IMG/VR virus record: IMGVR_UViG_3300033121_001287
Span: 20,525-84,524 of that record
DNA from: a virus
Taxonomy: Duplodnaviria; Caudoviricetes
Reading direction: 5' to 3' (one strand)
DNA length: 64,000 nucleotides
This document shows, piece by piece, positions 1 to 8,408 of the stretch. The position numbers were made by a program, and so were the translations under genes. Below the pieces are notes generated by a model that was given only the letters and a program-made list of their open reading frames with translations, made no database searches and was not told the origin of the DNA. Positions within the stretch are counted from its first letter, which is position 1, and the number at the start of each line of letters is the position of its first letter.

Positions 1-17
1 CCACGCTCGAAGACGCC

Positions 18-1106
18 GTGTGGGCTCGCGTCGAGTATCCCGATGGTGAGATTCTCACTCTGCGGTCCTTGGGCGGTCCCGGCAGCGGAAACTTCGGGCA
101 CAAGGGACGTCCCGGTGAGGTTGGTGGATCCGCATCGTCCGACGAGATCAACACAAAGCCCGCAAGCACGCCGGGAGATCTCACCAAGGGAAAGAACGAA
201 ACCCCTGAAATCGCGGCGATTCTCGCCAGACCGTCTTCGGCGTACCCCAAGGCTCGCAGCGGCCCGACGATGATGGCTGTGGATCACAGCAACGATCCTG
301 ATGCAGCGCATGATAGGCCGCGTGGGCTCGATACGCTGCAGGAACACACGCTGCCTGACGGATCAATCACTCCCGAACGCCGTGAACTGCACGAAGCCAT
401 CGTCGAGAAGATGCTCTACGGTCACAAACCCCCGTCGGATGCCCCGGTCGCGCATCTGATGGGCGGCGGCGGCGCGAGTGGTAAAAGCGTTATGCAGTCG
501 CAGTTGAGCTTGCCGGAAGATCAGGTTCACATCGACGTCGACATCATTCGTACTCATCTTCCGGAGTGGGACGAAGAACTCGCTCGCGCGAAGGCTGAAA
601 ATCGGAAGGCTGACAACTATCTCGGCAACTACACTCACGAAGAAGCGAGCGTGATTTCCAAGATGGTGATCGACCGGGCCTCGCGCGAGGGCATGAACCT
701 GATGGTGGATGGCGCGGGTGACACCAGCGTTGACAAGGTCGCGCAGAACGTTGCTCGTTACAAGGTGGGCGGCCAGAAGGTGATCGCCGACTACGTCACC
801 GTTGACTACGACCTCGCGTATCAGCGCATGCGTGACCGTGGTGACCGCACCGGACGTTACATTCCGGCTGCTCACCTACGCGCAGTGCATGCAGAGGTCG
901 CACGCGTCTTCCCGGCGGCCGTATCGCGCGGATTGTTCGACGAATTCACGCTGTGGGACACTTCCGCCTCGACGCCGGGCGTGAACGCGAAGCCCGCGAA
1001 GATTGCTTCTGGTCGTGGATCCGACATCACGATTCACGATCAGGAAGCATGGAAGAAGTTCCTCGAACGAGGCAAGGGCATCGCACCGCGTGCGGGCGAA
1101 ATCTAA
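18..1106 (+). CDS. Zeta-toxin-family P-loop kinase domain preceded by LRSL-GGPGSGNFGHKGRPGEVGGS motif; probably 5'-truncated
   Basis: Walker A GGGGASGKS, DVDIIRTHLP, THEEAS, LMVDG and RxRxxxTGRYIP are zeta-like motifs. The frame is open back to position 3, so the true start may lie outside the window. Confidence 0.8.
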   Translation: MWARVEYPDGEILTLRSLGGPGSGNFGHKGRPGEVGGSASSDEINTKPASTPGDLTKGKNETPEIAAILARPSSAYPKARSGPTMMAVDHSNDPDAAHDRPRGLDTLQEHTLPDGSITPERRELHEAIVEKMLYGHKPPSDAPVAHLMGGGGASGKSVMQSQLSLPEDQVHIDVDIIRTHLPEWDEELARAKAENRKADNYLGNYTHEEASVISKMVIDRASREGMNLMVDGAGDTSVDKVAQNVARYKVGGQKVIADYVTVDYDLAYQRMRDRGDRTGRYIPAAHLRAVHAEVARVFPAAVSRGLFDEFTLWDTSASTPGVNAKPAKIASGRGSDITIHDQEAWKKFLERGKGIAPRAGEI

Positions 1107-1117
1107 CCGAGAGGTGA

Positions 1118-1294
1118 ATGACAATGGTGAGTGGTGAAGCAGCATCGCGGATTCTCCTTGAGGTGATGTCCGGAGTTCTCGTGTCCACAAAGGACTCGCC
1201 GGAGGAAGCTGAGTACCGCAAGCAAGTCAAGGTCGAGGTTGATGAGATTCACGCCAAAGGCGGCACCGTGCAGTTGCCGAGGGAATGGCTGTGA
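1118..1294 (+). CDS. 58-aa small protein (not in ORF track), candidate antitoxin/immunity protein
   Basis: ATG at 1118 with GAGGTGA RBS; reads MTMVSGEAASRILLEVMSGVLVSTKDSPEEAEYRKQVKVEVDEIHAKGGTVQLPREWL*; overlaps the next gene start. Confidence 0.7.
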   Translation: MTMVSGEAASRILLEVMSGVLVSTKDSPEEAEYRKQVKVEVDEIHAKGGTVQLPREWL

Positions 1295-1875
1295 CACCGG
1301 AAGAACTTGTATCTGCTCCGGGTGATCCTATCGACGATGCTACCCGCGCGTTGATCGCGCAGATGCTCGACGAAGACGAGCAGCTACGAGCAGCCTACAG
1401 CCCTGATCAGGCTCGCGGAAGCGATGGTAAGTGGACGAAGGGCGGCGGCAGCGCCCCGTCGTCTGACTCCCACAAGTCGGCCCGCATCGCACGCGCGAAA
1501 TCCACGCATATTCCTTCGACGCGATCCTCGCAGAAGGCCGCTGCACGAAGTGAGAAGGTCGTCGCAAACGCTTTGCAAGGGAAGAGCACTGACGATCATG
1601 AGCCAATGGACGTCGTGGTTAACGAGAACGGTCGCGTTATCGGCGTGGAAGTGAAATCAATTCTCGCCGGGAAGAACGACAAGATTACCATGCACCCCGA
1701 TTCACTCGCGCGTAAGGTGGAGTGGGTTAAGGCGCACAAGGCTACCGGGCATACCATCGCGATTGATCTGCGCGGTGGGCAGCGCACGTTCTACTATCGA
1801 AAGGGCTTCGGCTCGTTTCGATTGTCATCCATGCAACGCGTCTCCGTCAAAGAGCTTCGCGAGTTGGTGCGATGA
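1285..1875 (+). CDS. PD-(D/E)xK restriction-endonuclease-fold protein with acidic leader and LRAA-YSPDQARGSDGKWT motif
   Basis: EPMDVVV...IGVEVKS fits the PD-(D/E)xK core; stop overlaps next start. Confidence 0.65.
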   Translation: MAVTPEELVSAPGDPIDDATRALIAQMLDEDEQLRAAYSPDQARGSDGKWTKGGGSAPSSDSHKSARIARAKSTHIPSTRSSQKAAARSEKVVANALQGKSTDDHEPMDVVVNENGRVIGVEVKSILAGKNDKITMHPDSLARKVEWVKAHKATGHTIAIDLRGGQRTFYYRKGFGSFRLSSMQRVSVKELRELVR

Positions 1876-3899
1876 GCTATTACCTGTTCGACTCACGGGG
1901 TTATGTCAGCGACGGCCCGTCGATTCAGGGATGGGAAGACTTCGTTGACTGGATCGCGTCCGAAACTGACATGGATGCGGTGGATCAGTTCATCAAAGAT
2001 GGCTCCGTTGAGGCGCTCGATGAGTTCATCGGTGAACTGGGCACCGTTAACGCACCGGGATCAGTTGAACGCACGCGCAGAATAGTGTTGGCCGCTGCGC
2101 GCAGGGCTCAGGACATCCTGATCCTGTCAAACGGTTTCGAGCACGGCGACCTGCGGGCGGCCGGAGGGGCTGGCAGCGGGAACTTCGGGCATGCGGGCAG
2201 GCCCGGTCAGGTGGGAGGATCGGCACCGGACGTCGCAGCTGAATCGTTCAACGCGGACTTGAGTCAGTTCGGCTTTGTCAATCCGATGAACGAGCGTGAG
2301 TTCGTGATCAACAACGAGGCCGCCGTCGAATTGAGCCGCACGTCGAACGGTATTCGTCTGCACGCGATTCGGTCATTTGCTCCGAAGAGTGGTGCCGGTA
2401 CTCGTGCGATGCAAGTGGTGATGAACGTCGCAGACAAGCACGGGTTTACCATTACTGGAACCGCGAAGCCTTTTGACACCGGTCAGAAGGGAACGCTCAA
2501 GTCTGCACCGCTCAAGCAGTGGTACAAGAAGCTCGGATTTGAAGTGGATAGCCGTGGTGACATGGTTCGGCGGCCACTTCGTACAGCCGGTGGTGCAGGG
2601 AGCGGGAACTTCGGGCATGCGGGAAGGCCGGGTCAGGTAGGTGGATCCTCGCCGGATGGCCGTGAAGCCATGACTCCGAAGGAATTACGACAGCAAGCTA
2701 TTGTGGCGCTCGTTTACAACGAGCTTGCTGCACCGGCGTACCATTCGAAGCAAGACTTCAGTAGAATGAGTCCGGAAGATCGCGTGAAGCTTCTGGATGT
2801 TTCTGGAAAGTTGATTGACAAAGAGCACATGCCTGTTCAGATCCGAACGGATCGGAACAACTACGATAAGAACGGCGTCGGCGCTTACGCTTATTCCGCG
2901 TTCAAGCGTGAATCTGAAGAGAAGAATTGGACTCCGCAGCAAGCCTTTGATGAGGGATTGAAGAGAGGATTGTTCGTCGTTGCGGAAGGTTCGATTAATG
3001 GATACGAACCGATGTCGTCTATCGGTGCTTCCGTATCCCGATTCAATATTCTCGAAGGCATGAACGCTGACGAACGGGACAGATTCGAAGAAGCTTACAT
3101 TCGCACGTTTGCCGATGGAAAGAACCGCAAGGAGCCTATCGACTCTCTTGAGTACCTTATCAAAGGCGGCTGGACTACAAATGAACTAGAGCGCTTTGCG
3201 GATCGCGTGCAGATGGCAGGTGGTAGTAGTTCAAAGCCATACGATGAACGCTCGAACATCGATTCCTTTGCTCGAACATTGGCGTTTTACTCAAAGGATT
3301 ACGATGAGTTTCGTGCGCAGATGTTCAGTGGTTGGGCCTCTGCGAGTAACACGGCCGTCGCGCTCACCACGCGTGGTGTTGCTGCAGAAGCATTTCCATT
3401 GAAGGCTGGTAAATTCTACGAGGCGCATCTTGAAGATTCGTCTTACGGATGGACCTTCAATGGTTACGATCCGCGTGTATCTTTTTCGCCGCGCGCCGTC
3501 GAGAACATGCGCCGTTTGAAGTCTGAAACGGAAGCCTTCTACAAAAAGCAATTGAAGACGGACGATCTGACTACGAAGCCCCTTGTAGCCATGAGGGCCA
3601 TTGGTGGTAAGATCGAAGCTTACACGCCCGCGTCTGTTGAATCGTGGACGACGGATGCTCGCACGGTGGATCGATTCGGGAAGATGATGGGAAAGAACAT
3701 TAAGCGTGATGGTTGGGGAAGCGATACGATTTACACCAGCCTTCAGACTGAAGTAACTTTTGACGATGTACTCTGGAGTTATAAGAGCGCCAAGGGTCAG
3801 CGCGGTTGGCCTGAGGAGAAGCAGCTCAAAGGGAAGAAGGAATTCGTATTGCTCGGTTCACGAGTGAAAAAGGTCGAGGCCAAGCATGTCTACCTTTGA
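1872..3899 (+). CDS. Polyvalent effector polyprotein: acidic leader / GNAT-like domain / large domain ending in ADP-ribosyltransferase-like fold
   Basis: Two copies of LR[AT]A-GGAGSGNFGHAGRPGQVGGS separate the domains. GNAT-like KSGAGTRAM...LKQWYKKLGF; ART-like VAMRAI / SVESWT / KKEFVL. Confidence 0.65.
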   Translation: MSYYLFDSRGYVSDGPSIQGWEDFVDWIASETDMDAVDQFIKDGSVEALDEFIGELGTVNAPGSVERTRRIVLAAARRAQDILILSNGFEHGDLRAAGGAGSGNFGHAGRPGQVGGSAPDVAAESFNADLSQFGFVNPMNEREFVINNEAAVELSRTSNGIRLHAIRSFAPKSGAGTRAMQVVMNVADKHGFTITGTAKPFDTGQKGTLKSAPLKQWYKKLGFEVDSRGDMVRRPLRTAGGAGSGNFGHAGRPGQVGGSSPDGREAMTPKELRQQAIVALVYNELAAPAYHSKQDFSRMSPEDRVKLLDVSGKLIDKEHMPVQIRTDRNNYDKNGVGAYAYSAFKRESEEKNWTPQQAFDEGLKRGLFVVAEGSINGYEPMSSIGASVSRFNILEGMNADERDRFEEAYIRTFADGKNRKEPIDSLEYLIKGGWTTNELERFADRVQMAGGSSSKPYDERSNIDSFARTLAFYSKDYDEFRAQMFSGWASASNTAVALTTRGVAAEAFPLKAGKFYEAHLEDSSYGWTFNGYDPRVSFSPRAVENMRRLKSETEAFYKKQLKTDDLTTKPLVAMRAIGGKIEAYTPASVESWTTDARTVDRFGKMMGKNIKRDGWGSDTIYTSLQTEVTFDDVLWSYKSAKGQRGWPEEKQLKGKKEFVLLGSRVKKVEAKHVYL

Positions 3900-4824
3900 G
3901 TTGCCCATCATCGTTGACGATCAGGAAGCACTTGACAAGCTACGCGCGGAAGGCAAGCTCGCGTGGGCTGGAGATGACGATGCGACCGTCATGCGCTCAC
4001 TCGGCCGCCGACTCCCTCCGAACGAAGTGCATGCTGCGGCCGACGCGCACGAGGCCAAGATGGTGGTGGCCCTGAACTACGCCTTCGCTGCTGCCCGCAA
4101 ATCGATTGACAAAGTTGCTCTCTTGAGCGCCTTGAAACTTGACTCTCGCCCGGCCAAGCGGCGGGCCTTGATCGCGGCCCTTCGGCCGGTCCCGGCCGCC
4201 TTAGAGGCGGCATTGGGCCGCACCGTGCCGCCCGTGTTGGAGCGTTGTTACGGGGCGGGCGGGGCGGCGGGGGTCACGAGGCTCGGGGCACAGGCGCGAA
4301 CGTTGGCGGCTATAGATGACGACGCGCTGCGTACCCTCCGTCGCGAATCGGCACCGGTGTTCGAGATGCAATTCGACGCCAAAAGCGCAGCAGCGATCAA
4401 GTGGGCGCGCAAGCATAGTGGCGAACTCGTACGGCAGATTACCAAGACGACTCGCAAGCGCATTGCGCAGGCCGTCGTACGCGCGTTGGATGGCGGAAGC
4501 CCGCGTGAACTCTACAAGGACATCTTGCAAGTGATCGGCGATAAGGAGCGAGCCGATCTCATTGCAAGGACCGAACTGATGGACGCAGCGAATTCCGGTC
4601 AGCGTGAGGCGTGGGCTCAGGCTGTCGAGGAAGGCTTGCTCACTGGATTGGAAATGCGAGAGTGGATCGCAACGGATGATCCTTCATTGTGCGATCACTG
4701 TGATCGTCTCGATGGGAAGCTCGCAGAGCTTGACGGTGATTACCCCGACGGCGGCGGCATCGGCCCACCACTGCATCCGCGTTGCCGATGCAGTGAAGGC
4801 ATCTCAGCGCGGAGGCGCTCATGA
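3886..4824 (+). CDS. MuF (Phage_Mu_F / SPP1 gp7-like) minor head protein
   Basis: RADLIARTE...REWIAT.D...CDHCDRLDG...PPLHPRCRC signature. Confidence 0.9.
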   Translation: MSTFELPIIVDDQEALDKLRAEGKLAWAGDDDATVMRSLGRRLPPNEVHAAADAHEAKMVVALNYAFAAARKSIDKVALLSALKLDSRPAKRRALIAALRPVPAALEAALGRTVPPVLERCYGAGGAAGVTRLGAQARTLAAIDDDALRTLRRESAPVFEMQFDAKSAAAIKWARKHSGELVRQITKTTRKRIAQAVVRALDGGSPRELYKDILQVIGDKERADLIARTELMDAANSGQREAWAQAVEEGLLTGLEMREWIATDDPSLCDHCDRLDGKLAELDGDYPDGGGIGPPLHPRCRCSEGISARRRS

Positions 4825-5006
4825 GTGAATCGACCCCCCGGAAGCCAGCAACGGCGGTAATCTCTGCCCGTATGCCTGCGGAGTTAGTGGATCGGGTCTA
4901 CCAGACCGCGCGAAGTAAGAAGCAGACCGCATCCGAGTTCGTGCATGAAGCAGTCATGCGGGCGATGTCTAGCAAAGATGTCAAGGACGGCGGAAACCGG
5001 GTGTAA
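4821..5006 (+). CDS. Ribbon-helix-helix (Arc/CopG-like) DNA-binding protein
   Basis: AVISARMPAELVDRVYQTARSKKQTASEFVHEAV has the beta-strand plus two helices pattern. Confidence 0.7.
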   Translation: MSESTPRKPATAVISARMPAELVDRVYQTARSKKQTASEFVHEAVMRAMSSKDVKDGGNRV

Positions 5007-5039
5007 ACAGCCCGGCCTGTTTACAGCCGAGATTTCCGC
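4990..5039. promoter_or_regulatory. Inverted repeat TGTAAACAG-N6-CTGTTTACA with outer arms GCGGAAA/TTTCCGC; possible operator or hairpin
   Basis: Perfect 9-bp arms at 5002-5010 and 5017-5025, read directly. Confidence 0.5.
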
Positions 5040-5115
5040 TTGATTCCGGTGCATGCTAAGAGCGTCGAGGAGGTCCGCCCGGCCAGACCGGGCGGCTTTC
5101 CGTTGCTCAAGGCAC

Positions 5116-6783
5116 ATGGCTGATCCCACTGCTCGCCTCCTGCATCTGTACGGTGCAACCGGACGTGCTCGAACAGAAATGTTCGAAGGACGCGAGCATC
5201 TTGTGGTCCCCGTTATCGCGCTCATGGAGGGTGTGATCCATGCGGTAAACGCAGAGAATCCAGAGTACGTGCCCGCACGCGCATTAGGGGTCGCCCCTCA
5301 ATCGTGGAACGGGCGACCCCTGATGCTTGGACACCCCTCGCGTAACGGGGTGCAGATCAGCGCCAACGACGCTCGCGTGCTTGAGTCGCAGTCATTCGGT
5401 CGCGTGTTCAATACTCGCTTTGACGGCCGCCGACTCCTCATGGACGCCTACATCGATCCTGCCAAGACTGAGCAGATCGGTGGTAGTGAGATGCTTCGCA
5501 GACTTCGTAACAATGAACTCTGCGAGGTGAGCGTCGGAGCCTTTGTCACGACCGACCCACAACCGGGTGAGTACAACGGCAAAAAGTATAAGGCCGTTTG
5601 GAACAGCATCTCGCCTGACCACTTGGCATTTCTTCCGCAGGGTCGCGGAGCATGCAGCGCCGAAATGGGCTGCGGTGCGAACCGCGCAGCGGCTGCGTTT
5701 ATCACTGCCGAAGGTTACCGAGAGGTGACTGAGGAAGAGTTGAAGACGATGGCTGAAGCTCGTGCCGAAGAAGATGCCGAACTCATCACATGGCAATCGA
5801 TGCGTGATCACTGCGACATCCTTGATCGGATTCGCGTTCGCATTCGACAGCTTGTGGACGAGTTGATCAGCGCCGAAGGCACCCACGTTGAAGGCCTCGA
5901 TGAATCGGACGAGACCGTCGTCGAGCGTGCAAGGCTTGAAGCCATCGGGCAACTGGCTTATTCGGCGCAGTCAGTGGTGTCTGGAATCAGCTCGCTGTGC
6001 ATCAAGTCCTTGAGTCCTCATGGTGAAAGCGTACCGTCTCCCGCGTACAACGCCATGCTGGCTGAGTTCGTGAAGGACGTGCCGATTGTCACTCTTGCCG
6101 AGAACGGGGTGAAGCTATGGGAAGCGGTTGCAAACGAAAGCGTTAAGGCGCTCAGCCTGAACAAGCCCGAACAGGAAGTCGAGAACAAGCAGGTGACTGC
6201 GGCAGGTGATGCACCGGCAGCAGCAGACAAGGTCGCGGGATCTGCCTGCGGCTGCAAAGGAGACAAGAACATGACGAAGGAACAGCGTGCGGAGATGATC
6301 GCAACGCTCATCGCCTGCAAGCACAGCGGGTTCACCGAAGGCGATCAGGCGATGCTCGACAACGCGACCGACGACCGTCTCGAAGCCTTCAAGGTGGCGA
6401 GCGAAGCGCGGATGCGGACGGAGACTGACCTCAAGGCAGCGGCGGCCAAGCCCCTGACCGAAGAGGAGTTCATGGCGAATGCGCCGGAGAGCCTGCGTTC
6501 GCTCATCGCGCGCCAGCAGCGGCAGGAGACGGCGTTCAAGGCCGAACTCGTCGCCGAGTTGAAGGCCGCGCAGGAAGAGTACTCGGAGACCGAACTCTCC
6601 GCGATGCCCATCGAGCAGCTGCAGCGCATGGCGCGCGTGGCCCGCATCGAGGTGCAGCCGGACTTCTCGGGTCGCGGACTGCCGCGCGTCCTCTCGTCGA
6701 AGAAGGAAGACGACGTCTACGCCAACCCGCCGGATCCGTACGCCGCCGACATCGAGCGCCGCCGGGCGGCTCAGGGCCGATAA
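5116..6783 (+). CDS. DUF2213-type prohead protease / scaffold fusion
   Basis: EGREHLVVPV..LMEGV, WNGRPLMLGHP, EVSVG, PDHLAFLPQGRGACS followed by a helical scaffold-like C-terminus. Start taken at ATG 5116 rather than 5053. Confidence 0.8.
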   Translation: MADPTARLLHLYGATGRARTEMFEGREHLVVPVIALMEGVIHAVNAENPEYVPARALGVAPQSWNGRPLMLGHPSRNGVQISANDARVLESQSFGRVFNTRFDGRRLLMDAYIDPAKTEQIGGSEMLRRLRNNELCEVSVGAFVTTDPQPGEYNGKKYKAVWNSISPDHLAFLPQGRGACSAEMGCGANRAAAAFITAEGYREVTEEELKTMAEARAEEDAELITWQSMRDHCDILDRIRVRIRQLVDELISAEGTHVEGLDESDETVVERARLEAIGQLAYSAQSVVSGISSLCIKSLSPHGESVPSPAYNAMLAEFVKDVPIVTLAENGVKLWEAVANESVKALSLNKPEQEVENKQVTAAGDAPAAADKVAGSACGCKGDKNMTKEQRAEMIATLIACKHSGFTEGDQAMLDNATDDRLEAFKVASEARMRTETDLKAAAAKPLTEEEFMANAPESLRSLIARQQRQETAFKAELVAELKAAQEEYSETELSAMPIEQLQRMARVARIEVQPDFSGRGLPRVLSSKKEDDVYANPPDPYAADIERRRAAQGR

Positions 6784-6828
6784 ACAGACGGCCCACATCG
6801 CCGTCCCGAAGGAGAGGAGTGAGAGGCA

Positions 6829-7269
6829 ATGGCAATCACACAGAAGGATCCGAACACGATCTGGCTCGGCGGCCCACGCACGGAGATCAACGATCTCGCA
6901 GCGTCGGAAGTCATCAAGCCGGGCCATCTGCTCGTGCGGTTCAATAACAACGGCGTCATCCGACTGAAGAAGCACGCCACGGCTGGCGGCGCTGCAGTCA
7001 AGATCGTCGCGACCGAACAGAGCATGCTCAACAAGGGCGTGGATGACACCTACGCCGCGAACGACCTCGTCGAGGCATCGGAGTTCGGTCCCGGCGCGTC
7101 GGCGTGGATGTTCATCAACTCGGGCCAGAACATCTCGGCCGGAGGTCTGCTCGAATCGGCCGGTGACGGCACGCTCCGCACGCTCGCCTCGGGTGTGGCG
7201 CTCTTCGCCGCGCTCGAAAACAAGAACGCCACCGTCTCGCCGACGCGCATCCGCGTCGAGGCCGTCTAA
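6829..7269 (+). CDS. Capsid decoration/cement protein
   Basis: Lies between scaffold and MCP; ASEVIKPGHL...GQNI..GGLLESAGDGTL pattern; strong RBS GGAGTGAGAGG. Confidence 0.65.
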   Translation: MAITQKDPNTIWLGGPRTEINDLAASEVIKPGHLLVRFNNNGVIRLKKHATAGGAAVKIVATEQSMLNKGVDDTYAANDLVEASEFGPGASAWMFINSGQNISAGGLLESAGDGTLRTLASGVALFAALENKNATVSPTRIRVEAV

Positions 7270-7305
7270 CCTAGACGCCTCGGCGTCATCAGGAGGATCC
7301 GCACC

Positions 7306-8352
7306 ATGTTCGACAACATGCGATTCACGGCAGCCGGTGGCAAGAGCCCCATCGCTGGCGCGTTGCTTCGTGCTCTCGCGGAAACAGGTGACCTGTCGGT
7401 CGCTTCGCTCCGCTCGCTGTCGCCACTCAGCGACAAGGCGCAGGTGATGGTTGACAAGGCCGTCGTCGAGGTGGGGCTGCAGCGCCTCTCCTTCGTCGCC
7501 GACCTGCTCGCCGAAGGCCTGACGTACCCCCTCACCGATCCGCTGTCGGTGACGCAGCTCGAATGGGAATCGGTCAATCAGGTCGGGCACGCGCAGCGCA
7601 CCATGAGCCCTTCGGCTCGCGGTGAGTTCCAGATGCCGAACCGGACGATCTACCGGCTTCCCATCTACCTCACGACTGACGACTTTTCGCTCGGCATCCG
7701 CACGCTCAAGATGTCGCAGCGCGTCGGTCAGCCCCTCGATACGTCGCTCATCAAGCAGGCCACTCGCCGGGTCAACGAGTCCATTGAGGACGCCGCGATC
7801 AACGGAGCCACCACGCTCGACGGTCAGCCGCTCTACGTCGGCGGCTACGCAGCGCCGGGCCTGCTCAACGCACCGAATGCCAACACCGTCTCGCTGACGG
7901 TTGATTGGACCGGCGCGAACACCATCGGCACGACCGGCCCCGGCATGGTCACCGACGTTCTCGCGATGATCGGCGCAGCGCAGGCCGACAAGAAGTACGG
8001 GCCGTACAACCTGTACGTCGGCACGAAGGCCGGGAACCTGATCGAAGGCGACTTCAAGGTCAACACCACCGACACGATCCGGCAGCGACTGGAGCGGATC
8101 GAGGTTGGCGGCCGTCGCCTGCAGATCAAGGTCACCGACATGTTCCCCGGTGCATCGACGGGCAATCAGTGCGCGCTCGTGCAGATGACGAACGACGTCG
8201 TCGAGATCGTCGATGGGCAGCGTCCGACGGTGATCCCGTGGACGAGCAACGACGGCTTCACGCTGTTCTGGCTCGTCATGGCCATCATGGTTCCGCGCTT
8301 CCGCTCGGACTACGACGGCAACAGCGGCGTGGTGCTCGGCGTCAAGTCGTAA
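7306..8352 (+). CDS. Major capsid protein, HK97 fold (encapsulin/Linocin-M18-like family)
   Basis: 348 aa; VDKAVVEVGLQRLSFVADLLAEGL, LPIYLTTDDFSLGIR, PLDTSLIKQATRRVNE, GLLNAP; highly biased codon usage; RBS AGGAGG. Confidence 0.85.
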   Translation: MFDNMRFTAAGGKSPIAGALLRALAETGDLSVASLRSLSPLSDKAQVMVDKAVVEVGLQRLSFVADLLAEGLTYPLTDPLSVTQLEWESVNQVGHAQRTMSPSARGEFQMPNRTIYRLPIYLTTDDFSLGIRTLKMSQRVGQPLDTSLIKQATRRVNESIEDAAINGATTLDGQPLYVGGYAAPGLLNAPNANTVSLTVDWTGANTIGTTGPGMVTDVLAMIGAAQADKKYGPYNLYVGTKAGNLIEGDFKVNTTDTIRQRLERIEVGGRRLQIKVTDMFPGASTGNQCALVQMTNDVVEIVDGQRPTVIPWTSNDGFTLFWLVMAIMVPRFRSDYDGNSGVVLGVKS

Positions 8353-8408
8353 GGATCCCCACACTACAAGAGATCGTGGGGGTCTCTACGGTAGGTGAAA
8401 TTGGATCG

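Noticed and set aside
60-2648. Repeated GNFGH-encoding DNA considered as a CRISPR-like or mobile direct repeat
   Set aside because: The copies are in-frame and diverge at synonymous positions, with irregular spacing. It is a protein motif. No CRISPR array or cas gene is seen.
4252-4273. G-quadruplex-like run GGGGCGGGCGGGGCGGCGGGGG in MuF; another at 63456-63478
   Set aside because: Explained by Gly/Ala codons and an RBS in a high-GC genome; no independent support for function.
6115-8364. 749-aa minus-strand ORF over the scaffold, decoration and capsid genes
   Set aside because: Antisense shadow of strongly C/G3-biased genes; no recognisable motifs. The same applies to 33999-34727, 36198-37061, 45240-46385 and 49662-51395.
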